Assembly: GCF_963853765.1 (NCBI RefSeq)
Contig: NC_088858.1
Span: 30,938,001 to 31,002,000 of the forward strand
DNA: 64,000 nucleotides
Source: Magallana gigas
Taxonomy: Eukaryota
Direction: 5' to 3'
Part shown: positions 10,981-22,062 of the stretch, in pieces
Position numbering within the stretch: the first letter of the stretch is position 1
How the letters are laid out: each line of letters starts with the position of its first letter
Position numbers and translations under genes: made by a program
Notes under the pieces: generated by a model
The model's input: only the letters and a program-made list of their open reading frames with translations
Database searches by the model: none
Told to the model about the DNA's origin: nothing

Positions 10981-13772
10981 TCACCTCTCGGACATCATTC
11001 TGCAGAACTCTGGAATTATAAAAAAAAAGAACTCATTTAAAATTAGTCCTAATAACGATAGCTGACTTACTATAGCTTAGACAAGTTCATGTTGGTCTTT
11101 TTTTAACAGTTACACAATGAAAATTTACTAGCATTCCTATTTCATCCAGGCACGTAGCATCGATTTTGGAAGTGTGTGTGTGGGGTGGGGGGGGGGACGA
11201 CTCGTCCGAAAATTCTTGACGAAAATAAAAAAGAGGAAAATTTACAAAATTATAAAATATGAAGGGAAGGGGGTATATCGTTACTTCAGTTTCAATGTTG
11301 AATTCCTCATTTTCATTTCAATTTATTACATACTCCAAAATAAGTAGAGGGCCATGTGCATGTAAATTATGGAAAAAATGTATATAAATTTAAGAAAAAA
11401 AATGCCTGATGCAAAAGTGGGGTGGAGGGGAGGGGGGGGGGGGTCCTTGTGATGTGTCAAGGAAATGTAGAAATTATATTTAATTTCTAATGTTATACCT
11501 GCACATAGCCTTCACAAGCGATTGTGACTCGTGGTATTTTCGTGTCAAAAGTTTTGCTTGAAATTTGACATGTAAAAGGTAATAACATTAATTTGCCGTA
11601 AAGTATATTATGCTCTTTAACCCACGGTCGTAGTGCACCTCTTCTGGAGTTGAGGCAAAATGTACATGTTTTGCAGTATAAAACTATGATTATCGTTTCG
11701 AACAAGAAACTGGAGAGTAGTTCTAGAAAAAAGCAATATAATAACCTTGAGAAAAAAAACATTTTTGCAATGCTAACTAATTTATATCCGTATGAAACAT
11801 TGCACTTTTCAAGTTTACTTAATCATGTTATGAATTATCCGTACATTAAAAACGTTTTAAAATATTTTGAGGGAATACATAGTGAAAAAGTGAGATTCAC
11901 ATCAAAAGTGAGCTCGTCTAACTTTATGGCTCAGGGGCCAAGTTTTTAACTCTGACATAAAAAAAAAAGAATTTTTTTTTTAATTGTTCATTTTCCTCTA
12001 ATGCGCTACGGCCGTGAAACCAATTACATGTATAGATACATGTATAAATAGCAACACGAATTTCGCGTGAAGATCAGGACGTGATTTTAATGCCCACTTC
12101 ACGTGAACTTCGTGTGTGCATATTATGAAGATGTTTTACTATGCTAAATTTGAATCTGATACAAGTTCTTGAAATAAAGCATGTAGCATCTAGTACCTTC
12201 ATAGTCGATTTTTCCATCCCCGTCTGTGTCTATTGCCTTCATTAGTTCGTCTGCTTCCTCGGGTCGTATCTTCTGCCCCGTTTCAGTTAAAATGTTCCTT
12301 AACTCGGTCACTGTAATGCATCCATTATTGTCTTTATCAAACAGTTTGAACGCTTCACGAATTTCATCTTCTGTATTCGTCTTTTCCAATTTCTTGGCCA
12401 TCATTAAAACGAATTCTTCAAAGTCGATGGAACCATTCCCTATATATGTTGCATAAATAAAGTGAAAATTTTTTCATTTTTGTGATGCATATATCTATAT
12501 ACATGAACTTTTTTAGCTGGATGTATCATTTAAAATTCAAAACCAAGATGCAGAAAACAACGGCTAATCATAAGAATTTAAAATTAAATATTTACATCTA
12601 CCGAGTACGATTCCCATTATTTTTTAAGGAAATTTATTGTTAATAAATATCTCTATAGAAACGTACAGGACTGAAATCTACACGCCCCGTTTATCGACTG
12701 GTCGAAACCTACAGCGACTGAAACTGACAGGATTAAAATCTACAGCAACCAAAGAAGAAAAATCACGGACTGCACGAAATACATGTATTTTGATAATTTC
12801 AGACTCAATTCCCATAGGAGACGATTGGGCTGTTTCTTTTAGCTATAACTTACTGATGCACGTATAAATTAACAGTAATTTAGTTACTAGTTATTCAACT
12901 TACTTTTTACAATCAATTACTAATTTGTTAAAAAAATGTAAATATACCCAATAAAATGCTGAATTTAATTATCACGTGTGTTGTGGTTTTTTTCTGCAAT
13001 GTCGCCACCTTCATGCTCCGCATGGATCACCAAAGAAAGCATTTTATTGTTTGAATATTTACATATTTCAATGTCTTTGTCTGTGATAACACTATAAATC
13101 GATATTGTAACTCATACTCCATATGCATCAATTACTTTTTTATTTGTAGGTTCCGCACCATTGCTGAAAATTATTGAAACAAAAAATGTTTTCTTTGCTG
13201 CAAATAATTAAATACTACACAGGCACGTAGCATCGTTTTTGAAAGTGTGTGTGTGTGGGGGGGAGGGGGGGGGGGGGCAGAATAATCCAAAAAAAGGGAA
13301 AAGGTTACTTTCCAAAATCTTGACAATCCTAATCCGTGAGGGGGAGGCAGGTATACTTTTCATTTCAATATCACTGTTTATTTCCTTAATTTCAATTCAA
13401 TTTTACATGGTCACAGAATAAATTAAAGAAAAATCTTTGCTGCGCAAAAAGGTGGGGTGGGGGCAACCCCCCCCCCCCCTCCGATGCTACGTGCCTGCTA
13501 CATAAATGAATTCTTCCGATAAAAAAGACGGACGTCATCTCTTACCGTCTTCGTCTACACCCTTGAGCATGATTTCTAGTTCAGCATCGGAGGGGTTCTG
13601 TCCCAATGACCTCATCACCATCGCCAGCTCATTGGTGGATATCGTCCCGTCCCCATCCTTGTCGAACAGGTTAAAAGTCTCTTTAAAATCTACGGGGAAA
13701 ATAGTAGATCAAATAAAAAAATAAGGTAGCTTTTACATTTTGACATCTTCCTCTCCCTGTTTGTCTGTTCGT

Positions 13773-13849
<77 letters not shown>

Positions 13850-14430
13850 CGTGTATACATATAATTTAAGAGACTTTACTAAGTCTTTTAAGTCTTGCAT
13901 GAAGCATGAATGAAGTAAACTGAAATAAACCTTTCCCTTTAAAAGGCTGAAAAGAAGGACAACTTCAAACAATACAAAGCCATACAAAGTTGCATCATTA
14001 GTTCATAGTATCATTCGATCGTATGTGAACCTGATGGCATGCAAAGGTCACCATTAGGTCAAAATCTATTTTACCTTGAGTCATTGAAGATCATTTCAAC
14101 AAATGTTATAAGGTTTCTGTCCGCAAAAGTGGTGCATGTAAATTTATACTCTCATCCCTATATAATTATATATTTTTATTATCGGGGTTTTTTTGTCTAT
14201 CATTTTACTATTGCAATAAACAACATATACCTACAACAAGTTCATTTCAGAAGAAAGTCTTAATTTAAAAATTCTTACCTTTCTTAATTTCTGCCGATAA
14301 TTGATCTACCTAGAAATACAAACGATGTAGAAACGAAGTGAATATCAATGATTCTGAGAAAACACTGCATATAGATAAACGCATTTTAAACAACATGCAA
14401 TCAAATTAGTTCTCAACAGATGCTTACCAT
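10981..14430 (-). CDS. Gene B: calmodulin-like protein (149 aa)
   Basis: Exons 14428-14430 (ATG|gtaagc), 14279-14309 ([10 protein letters not shown]), 13546-13689, 12197-12439, 10981-11009 (EFCRMMSER*); 450 nt. Loops [48 protein letters not shown]. Typical calmodulin exon sizes 3/31/144. Confidence 0.92.
11147..11450. mobile_element. Truncated copy of the CAGGCACGTAGCATCG MITE family
   Basis: The same left TIR and G-rich subterminal layout as the 13220 copy; right TIR not found, so the end coordinate is approximate. Confidence 0.6.
12651..12785 (+). repeat. Dispersed repeat fragment (CTCTATAGAAAC..ACAGGACTGAA family), copy 1
   Basis: Shares CTCTATAGAAAC-ACAGGACTGAA-T-ACACG and CTGCACGAAATA with 59372-59450. 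Confidence 0.55.
12949..13052. mobile_element. Internally deleted copy of the palindromic AAACAATAAAATGCTTTCTTTGG MITE
   Basis: CAATAAAATGCT...TTTCTGCAATGTCGC...CACCAAAGAAAGCATTTTATTGTTT matches the arms of 60262-60426. Confidence 0.6.
13220..13497. mobile_element. MITE (278 bp), perfect 16-bp TIR, 5-bp TSD
   Basis: CAGGCACGTAGCATCG ... CGATGCTACGTGCCTG, flanked by CTACA on both sides (13215-13219, 13498-13502). In an intron of gene B, about 48 nt past a donor. Confidence 0.88.
13776..13844. repeat. (TC)n microsatellite
   Basis: Direct read; intron 2 of gene B. Confidence 0.98.
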
Positions 14431-15621
14431 ATTAAACGCATTTATACTGGCCTTCTTCCACCAAAACAAGATTTCGCAAGCTCATAAGAATATAGAAACT
14501 TAACAAAGGTTCCTTTTATCTGTGCTATTTAAACAGTCTTCTAAAGGAGAATACATATCTTGAATGACACAAAATTCTATTTCTATTTAAATCTTAGCTT
14601 AAGTCCTTCGTTTCACCTGAAATGATACTTGTTGATTTCGAAATCCTCTCGCAGAGCGTCTATACACGTGTAAAAATATTTACAAATACGGGAGATCCAC
14701 AACTAGTGGCTAGCTGTAATTGTTACATTTTCTGAGATTCTCAACTTTTTTAAAGTTGATTTTTAATTTGTAGGATCTATAAGTTAAATTCATGATATAT
14801 TGTTTGATTAATTCATGAGAGTTTCTTTTAGGGAGGACACTGGTTCCTCTTTTTTTTTTTTGGGGGGGGGGGTGTCATAGCTGCTAAGTATACAGAATTT
14901 TAAAGCTCTATAATTGATCTTACAAAAGCGTGTAATATTATAGAAATCAATATAATTCTTATATGAATTAATCTAATTTACAAAGATTTTCAAGTTTCAA
15001 ATCTTTAACTGCACTATACCAGCCAATTAATTGTAAACATCCTTTATCATTTGAAGTTTGATACTAGTATCAAAATATACCACCACGAAACAATTTTCAA
15101 AGGGAATCAATAATAAATATACATTGGCGTATGTAACTAAGTGAACTTTGCATGCATGCTGGCGCGCGTAATTTGCACGTGCAATGAAAGGCTTGGTGAG
15201 AAATGATATATCAGGGCTCTCAAAATAGTTACATTTTTACTTTAAAGCTGTTGAGTAATAAAAGAATGATATCTCTTTGTTGAATAACCTCGTCTGTTCG
15301 CATTTCAAAATCGGTTAAAACTCATATTTACCAAAAAAAATAAACCAAAAACATCGGTTATTAATGTTTGTGTTGTGTTAAAATTTACGAACTTGGTAAT
15401 TGCAAATACACCATAATCAAAGTTATATTATACATCAAAATAAGAGGACATTTGCCTAGTAAATCCAATATCTATAATTACGATACGACATTAATTTGAA
15501 TGCCTACATTGTGTAACAACCACGAGTTGCGCTCATAATGTGATTGCATTTCACCATGTCTTAAGAGTATCTATTGAAAATGTTTATTACAAGTACCATT
15601 TTGTGTACAATAATTGGTGCA

Positions 15622-15953
15622 TACGCATGTAGCATTCGGGGGTCCAGCCCTCCCTCCCTCTCTCCCCAACGTTTTTCTTTAGCAGCAGTCATTTATATTT
15701 TCCATATAAAAATTCAAATATCATGAAGCCCCCCCCCCCTTTCGCTTAATCGGGAGCATGTAATAAATGGAAGTGAAAAGAAGGAATTGAAATTGAAGTT
15801 ACAGAGAATATCCATCCTCCTTAGAATTTTCATGATTTGACATTTTCCCAATTTTCCCATTATTTTTCTTTACTTTTTTATTGCTTGTCAAGATTATTTG
15901 AATGAGACTGCCCCCCCCCCCTACCACACACACACACACATTCTACATGCCTG
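15622..15953. mobile_element. Older related MITE (GCATGTAG-type TIR)
   Basis: Left TACGCATGTAG, right CTACATGCCTG, with C-runs inside; no TSD match. Confidence 0.5.
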
Positions 15954-17822
15954 TCATTATATCATTGAGAATATGCCAACAAAAAGAAACGAAACTTGGT
16001 TTGGTTGATGTAACACCCCTTCCTTCTAACGAAGGTTGGAAGCAAATTTGCAACCACACGATACATATAGAACACTGTTGCCCTTTTCACCAAAAAAAAA
16101 ATCGTAAGTTTTTTTTATGAAAAGGGCTACTGGATATTTCCATTTCGTTCGCATGTTACTATTACGCGAACCAAAACCCAAACCAACGTTGTTCAAAACA
16201 TAAGAGCATCAAACATACATATAGACAGGCTGTTTAAAATCGTAATCAAATAATTTGAATTTTGATTGTTTGTGTAGTTTTGTTCTGTTTGTGACCGAGA
16301 AAAACTAAATTCGAGACACAGAAATGTATACGGTACATGCCTGCATGCCCGTATTAGTCTGAAAACGTTGCCGTCTGTATATAAGTCGATGTAAATCAGC
16401 CCCAGCGACTATTCGGTCTCTGGTGTATGGCAATAGTTTTACCACATAGTATACACATAAAACTTGTGTCTGAGTTTGACGACATTATACTAGGTGTGGT
16501 ACAAGACTCCAGCGACCCGCCATGCCCGGGCAGGGCGGGGTTTACGCCCTCGGCCCGGGCGAAAATACGTGCCCTGATTAGTCAGGAGGTTATTCCGCAG
16601 AAGCTGGTTGCTTTTTGAGGACTGGTTTTAATTCTGAGCGGAAATAGTCACATTTTATACCTTCTTTGTCAGATAGAAGAAAAGAAAATTTGTTTTCCAA
16701 CAGCAGATAAATTGAAATTCCACGTTAGGATATCCATACGCAGAGATATGGATCTGGTAGCAGGTCACAACAATGAAAGCCGGAGTACGCACAACTGAAG
16801 TACGTTGAAATGGTTACGATCACGGATTTTGTTTATCATTGGAGAATGAGCACATGGATCCAAATCAATCGCCGCTATGCAGAGACTTTGATTGAAGGCA
16901 AATTGTGAATCTGAATCAGTTGCAACAATCTGCGCAGTGTACATTGACGCTTTTTGTTTTAGCCCTTCTAGCTTCAGCTTGTTTAGTTACGTTTTTAATT
17001 AAATTTTCATATTTATTTGCACTCTTTTTTTCTTTGAAAAGATTTTTTGTTTAGATTTTTTGCTTTCGTAGTTTTGTTTGCTTTATGAAAGTTTTTTATT
17101 TTGCAGTTCAATATTTATGTAGAAGTTAATTCAATGTGCTTAATAGCTTGTTAATGTACTATGCCTGTATTGTGCTTTTTTTTTATATCTAATTTGACTA
17201 CATTTATTTTTATCATACTACTTTTACCTAGCTTTTTTCAGTTTTGTTTAATTTTTTCTAAATTTAAGATTTATTGTTTATTCCATGTTTCATCAAAATG
17301 AAAGCACTTATTTTTGTTACTGGTAAACTTATATTATACTGTGAAATGTACAGAAGGAATGTCGCTTTGTGCTATCTGGACAAAAGACTTTAGAGATTGG
17401 ACGAAATCTTAGAATGGAATTTGCGGAGGGCGAAGGAATTTGGAGCACTTCTAAAAAACGGAACAAATTTCAGATTAATGCAGCACTAACGATTTCCAAT
17501 ACAAGGGAAATGCAGGATTGCTAGCATCCAAGCACATGTGGACTGTATATTAGTGCCAGTTGTCAGTAAATAAGAAAGACGATAAATAAATAGAAAACTA
17601 GAATGTTTTTGTCTTATTGCTTTTGCTCTGTTTCAAGAGTTACTTGTATTTATGTAATGATTTGCTTGTATATTTGTTTTTGTTTTCATTTTTTATTTGG
17701 TTGCTTTTCTTCTCGGCGGTGTTTGCTATTGATAATAAACAGTGTAGCACTTTTCAAATAGTTTTTTTTTTTTCCTTCCGTTTTAAATTTCGATCAAACT
17801 GAAAGGATGGATTTTGTAGACT

Positions 17823-17825
<3 letters not shown>

Positions 17826-17853
<28 letters not shown>
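17826..17853. repeat. (AG)n microsatellite
   Basis: Direct read. Confidence 0.97.
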
Positions 17854-17854
<1 letters not shown>

Positions 17855-18012
17855 TGTTCCTCAACAACTAGTGGATTTAGCTGCCAGGAATTAATCGGCA
17901 AAGAAATTGCAGTGCAGGGGTACTTACATATTTATAATTTCTCCAAAAGGTTTCGTATCAACAAGTGGAACGATAATTATTAAAGAGCCCCTTATAACAT
18001 CCGCCATCAAAT

Positions 18013-18015
<3 letters not shown>

Positions 18016-18068
<53 letters not shown>
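18016..18068. repeat. (GA)n microsatellite
   Basis: Direct read; about 530 nt upstream of the TM2D1 ATG. Confidence 0.98.
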
Positions 18069-18072
<4 letters not shown>

Positions 18073-18595
18073 TATTATAACGTGCATCTGAATTTATTTG
18101 CCCTTCTGATTGGTTATTACAGTATGAGTCCAAATTTACAAGACAAGATGACAGTATTGTTTATATACAGGTAATACTAGTAATTTCCGCAGGCTAGATA
18201 CGAAGCAAATCTTGACAGCTCGAACATGTTTAATATCATTTTTCAAATTTTTCGTCAAGAGGTATTGATAACTGTGTTTATAACAAAAACTTCAATTGCT
18301 TAAAGGCAATTTAAGTGCAAATACAGGTTGAATATTTTAACATAATTTTTGCGTGTTTTATCACTGTCACTATTTCAAATTAGATCATGTAATAATAGGA
18401 AATAACTAACTCTAAAGTTTTATTTATTATTTATCGGCGATTATGAAATTTGCCGGTATTTTTTATTTTACTACATGTATATAATATCGGGCACGGCATT
18501 CCGAAAATATAATCGGTGTAAACAATGGCTGTGTTGTGACTGCGAATCGGATTTAATGTGAAACTAGTAGATCATATCGTCACAAGCTGGCAACG

Positions 18596-19498
18596 ATGCA
18601 GTTACAGTCAAATAGAGTTTTTTGTTTTCTATTTTACATCATTCTCCAGTTTAAAAATTCTGCAGCGAGTGACCTTAGATGCGAGGACTTGTTAATGGGA
18701 CAATTCTATTGTAAAGATCCAGTGATAGACACGGAAACTCAAGTAAGGTGATTTTTGAAAGTGTGTATGTAATTGGGTTATAATAAGTTGTAACTTTGTA
18801 AATCCTTATTTTCATGTGATGATGAAATCTAAAATGAAAAAATAAAACACCTTGTATCTCAANNNNNNNNNNNNNNNNNNNNNNNNNNNNNNNNNNNNNN
18901 NNNNNNNNNNNNNNNNNNNNNNNNNNNNNNNNNNNNNNNNNNNNNNNNNNNNNNNNNNNNNNNNNNNNNNNNNNNNNNNNNNNNNNNNNNNNNNNNNNNN
19001 NNNNNNNNNNNNATATACTGTTACTATCATCAATATAAATTTTATTTTTGGCATTTTCAGGCAGAAATTAACTGTGATCCAGAGAAAAAGACCACACCAA
19101 CTGAATGTGTTGTCGCAGAAGGCATAACTTGCATTCCCCAAAATTCAAACACACTTTACACATTCAATGGAACAGAAGTTGGCTTCTACAAGGAAGCTCC
19201 TTGCAGATGGACGAATGGTTACAAGTTCGAGACAGCCTTACTCCTTTCAGTCTTTCTTGGGATGTTTGGGGTTGACAGATTCTACCTCGGGTATCCCGCA
19301 ATAGGACTTTTAAAGTTTTCTACTCTGGGTTTCTTTTTTCTTGGACAATTGATCGACATCCTCCTGATAGCCCTTCAGGTAGTGAAACCTTCGGATGGAT
19401 CCGAATATATCATGAACTATTTCGGAGTTGGTCTGATTCATATTCAGGCAAATAATGACACATATATTAAGCCTGACGAGTCGTGGAATATGTCATGA
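18596..19498 (+). CDS. TM2D1: TM2 domain-containing protein 1 (beta-amyloid-binding protein-like), 194 aa, 2 exons
   Basis: Exon 18596-18742 (MQLQSNRVFCFLFYIILQFKNSAASDLRCEDLLMGQFYCKDPVIDTETQ|gtaagg) and exon 19061-19498 (ttttcag|AEINC...LSVFLGMFGVDRFYLGYPAIGLLKFSTLGFFFLGQLIDILLIALQVVKPSDGSEYI...). Signal-peptide-like N-terminus, CEDL..GQ..CKDP motif and the TM2 DRFYLG motif all match TM2D1. The intron contains an N gap. Confidence 0.9.
18863..19012. other. Assembly gap (150 N) in the TM2D1 intron
   Basis: Run of N. Confidence 1.
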
Positions 19499-20855
19499 TA
19501 TCAGTTGAAATAGATTCACTTAATATGTAATATACTTTCCCTTTTGAATGCTGGTTACATCAATAAGAGATTTTTTTTTCTCCAAGAATATTTGTACTTT
19601 ATAATCATTATGTAACATTTGATGTTTTTAAGGAAATCCTGCATTGTTCTATTTTGATATAAGCAATGTAATGTAATCAACTTTTATTTGTGTTGGTTTA
19701 AATTCAACAAAACAAAATTTGAGACAAAGACTATGAATGTTAATTTCCAACAATTGGATTGTTTTGCAGCTAGATTAATTTGTGATGAACCTGTTCTTGC
19801 AAACAGAGAAAATTTAATAATCTCAGAAATATAACTTGGTATGCAATTATCGGATATCGTACTGCATGATAAGTTTTGATGGTTCTTAGCTGAGAAAATT
19901 GATGTGTGAGTCTTTTTGTCAGTCATAATGCATTATTCCTTAACAATGAACATTAGTAACTTTAAAACTTTTGTTAAGATATTATCTTAACGAAAGTTGA
20001 TGTGTAGTATTTGTAGGATGAGAACATGTATGAATGATGAAATTTGTGATCCCCACCAACATATATTTGCATTAAAAAAGTGTAAAACTGAGGTCGATTC
20101 TCTTTCTCACTGCTTAGGCATCCTGCACTGTGCAGACTCACCAAGTACATGGAAATGATGAGCAGAAAAAGTTTTCATCAAAATTGAATTGAATTTATTT
20201 CTTTAGGTTTGAGCTCTGTGGATCCTATCGTGAATAGACATGTATTACATTAAAAGTTTAATTGAAAATCAATGTAACTGGGAGTTGCCCCAAACAGTAA
20301 GTCAAGAATACTTTAATTTTAAAACTTTGAATAAATTATTATAAAAATAGTCCACTGAAAATTCGTTTGAGACTAGTAGTGCACATGTCAGTATTGTTAG
20401 TACTAAAATAGCATTCTATGAATCCTTCACATAGCTGCATTTTTCTCAGTCGACTATTAAGGTTATGGTCTGTACTGAATAAGCTATTTTTGCATTGGGG
20501 TTTCATAAAAGAACATGTTATATTGATTGAAATACCCTGGGAGATAACTCAGAATATAATAATAATTAGTACACGTATACACATGATTGGCAATTTCTTC
20601 TTGTTTCTTAAAACTGATGTTTTATGTGAGTATATGTAAACTTGTAATAAAATGAAATGGGAAATCGAAGTTTGATAACTTGTCAATATACATGCACAGG
20701 ATCATTCACAGAAGAGTTTTCGTTCTTGGAAAAAGAATTTTAATGTGCAATTTTAGAAATGCAGATTTTCTTCTGAACGTTCGAGTTATAAAATTTAAAG
20801 ACCTGCACGAGGCTAAAGTGCAAGTATACACAATGTCACCACCGTGAGGCCTTTA

Positions 20856-20860
<5 letters not shown>

Positions 20861-20930
<70 letters not shown>
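20861..20930. repeat. (TA)n microsatellite
   Basis: Direct read. Confidence 0.98.
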
Positions 20931-20934
<4 letters not shown>

Positions 20935-22005
20935 CAGTTTTTATACCTTCACCGTACACCCACATTGCTCCAATTCTCTGCTGTACATTATCAAATTGTT
21001 CCTTGCTATTTATAACTCAACACGTTCATGCATTGTTAAAGTGTCAACATTGTTTGTCATTCGTCTAATAGACATGTACAATGTACATAAAGTATACACT
21101 TACAAGAATGCACTTATAAAAATACCATTTTTATCGGAACAACGTTTCTCCGGTTGTCACTGGCTCAATAGTTTCTGGAGCTTTATTTTGTTCCTTGTCA
21201 CCGTGTATTTAACACATAATTTAAAATTGCAAAACCTAAGACCATTACAGACGAAAGGCTTTTTTAGTGCGACAATTTTATCATTATTCATGGCCTTTTG
21301 ATATCGTATTGCAAATTAAAATGGTGTACAGTTTTCTAAGTTCTTAATTGAAACCCAAAGCTTTGATATATTTGGAGGGCTTTAAAATGCTCACACTATG
21401 CACTAATGCGACAACTGATTTTCACCCTTTTCTTTGCGAATTGATATTGTATCGCTAACTTTGATTTTTTTTTTTTTAGATTGCGATATGTAAAGGGAAC
21501 CTTCAAGATTTTTTATGAACTTACGTATCCGAAAATACAAAAAAAGTCTGTCAAAAATGTAAACTTCGTTATTAAAGGGGGGGGGGGGGAGAGAGGTGCT
21601 TGCTTTTTTCTGTAGTTACAAAATCAACAAAGATTGATATAGGGGTGCCTAAAAACCATCAGACAGAAAGAGAAGTTTCGTGAATATTTTCAAACTCGCT
21701 TTGTAAGATATCGTAAGTTCATAACCGACGCACATAACAATTAAAAATTTCGGTAGATAGACTGATTGTATTTTGTTTTGGTTGTATGGTTTTTATTTAA
21801 AATAACACAAATCCATACACATTTAAATGCATGCATTTGTCAAGTATAACAGGTTTAAAAGATTTCAAAACGAAATAATATTCACATTTGATATACAAAA
21901 CAGCAATTAACATAATTGATGGGTTTTTTTTTCAATAATGCATTGAAATGAAATAATATGCATACAGAGCCGTCAGTGTATGTAAAAACATGCGTCAGTT
22001 GAATT

Positions 22006-22008
<3 letters not shown>

Positions 22009-22058
<50 letters not shown>
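22009..22058. repeat. (CT)n microsatellite just after the gene D stop codon
   Basis: Direct read. Confidence 0.98.

Positions 22059-22061
<3 letters not shown>

Positions 22062-22062
<1 letters not shown>

Noticed and set aside
11499-11556. Exon-like AG...GT segment in the last intron of gene B
   Set aside because: 58 nt, would frameshift the terminal exon, and has no EF-hand similarity.
15057-15074. 18-bp perfect palindrome TTTGATACTAGTATCAAA
   Set aside because: Short and AT-rich with no associated feature; plausibly chance.
13733-21068. ORFs with ERERER, SLSLSL or YIYIYI runs, and the ORFs spanning the N gap
   Set aside because: They are translations of microsatellites or of Ns.
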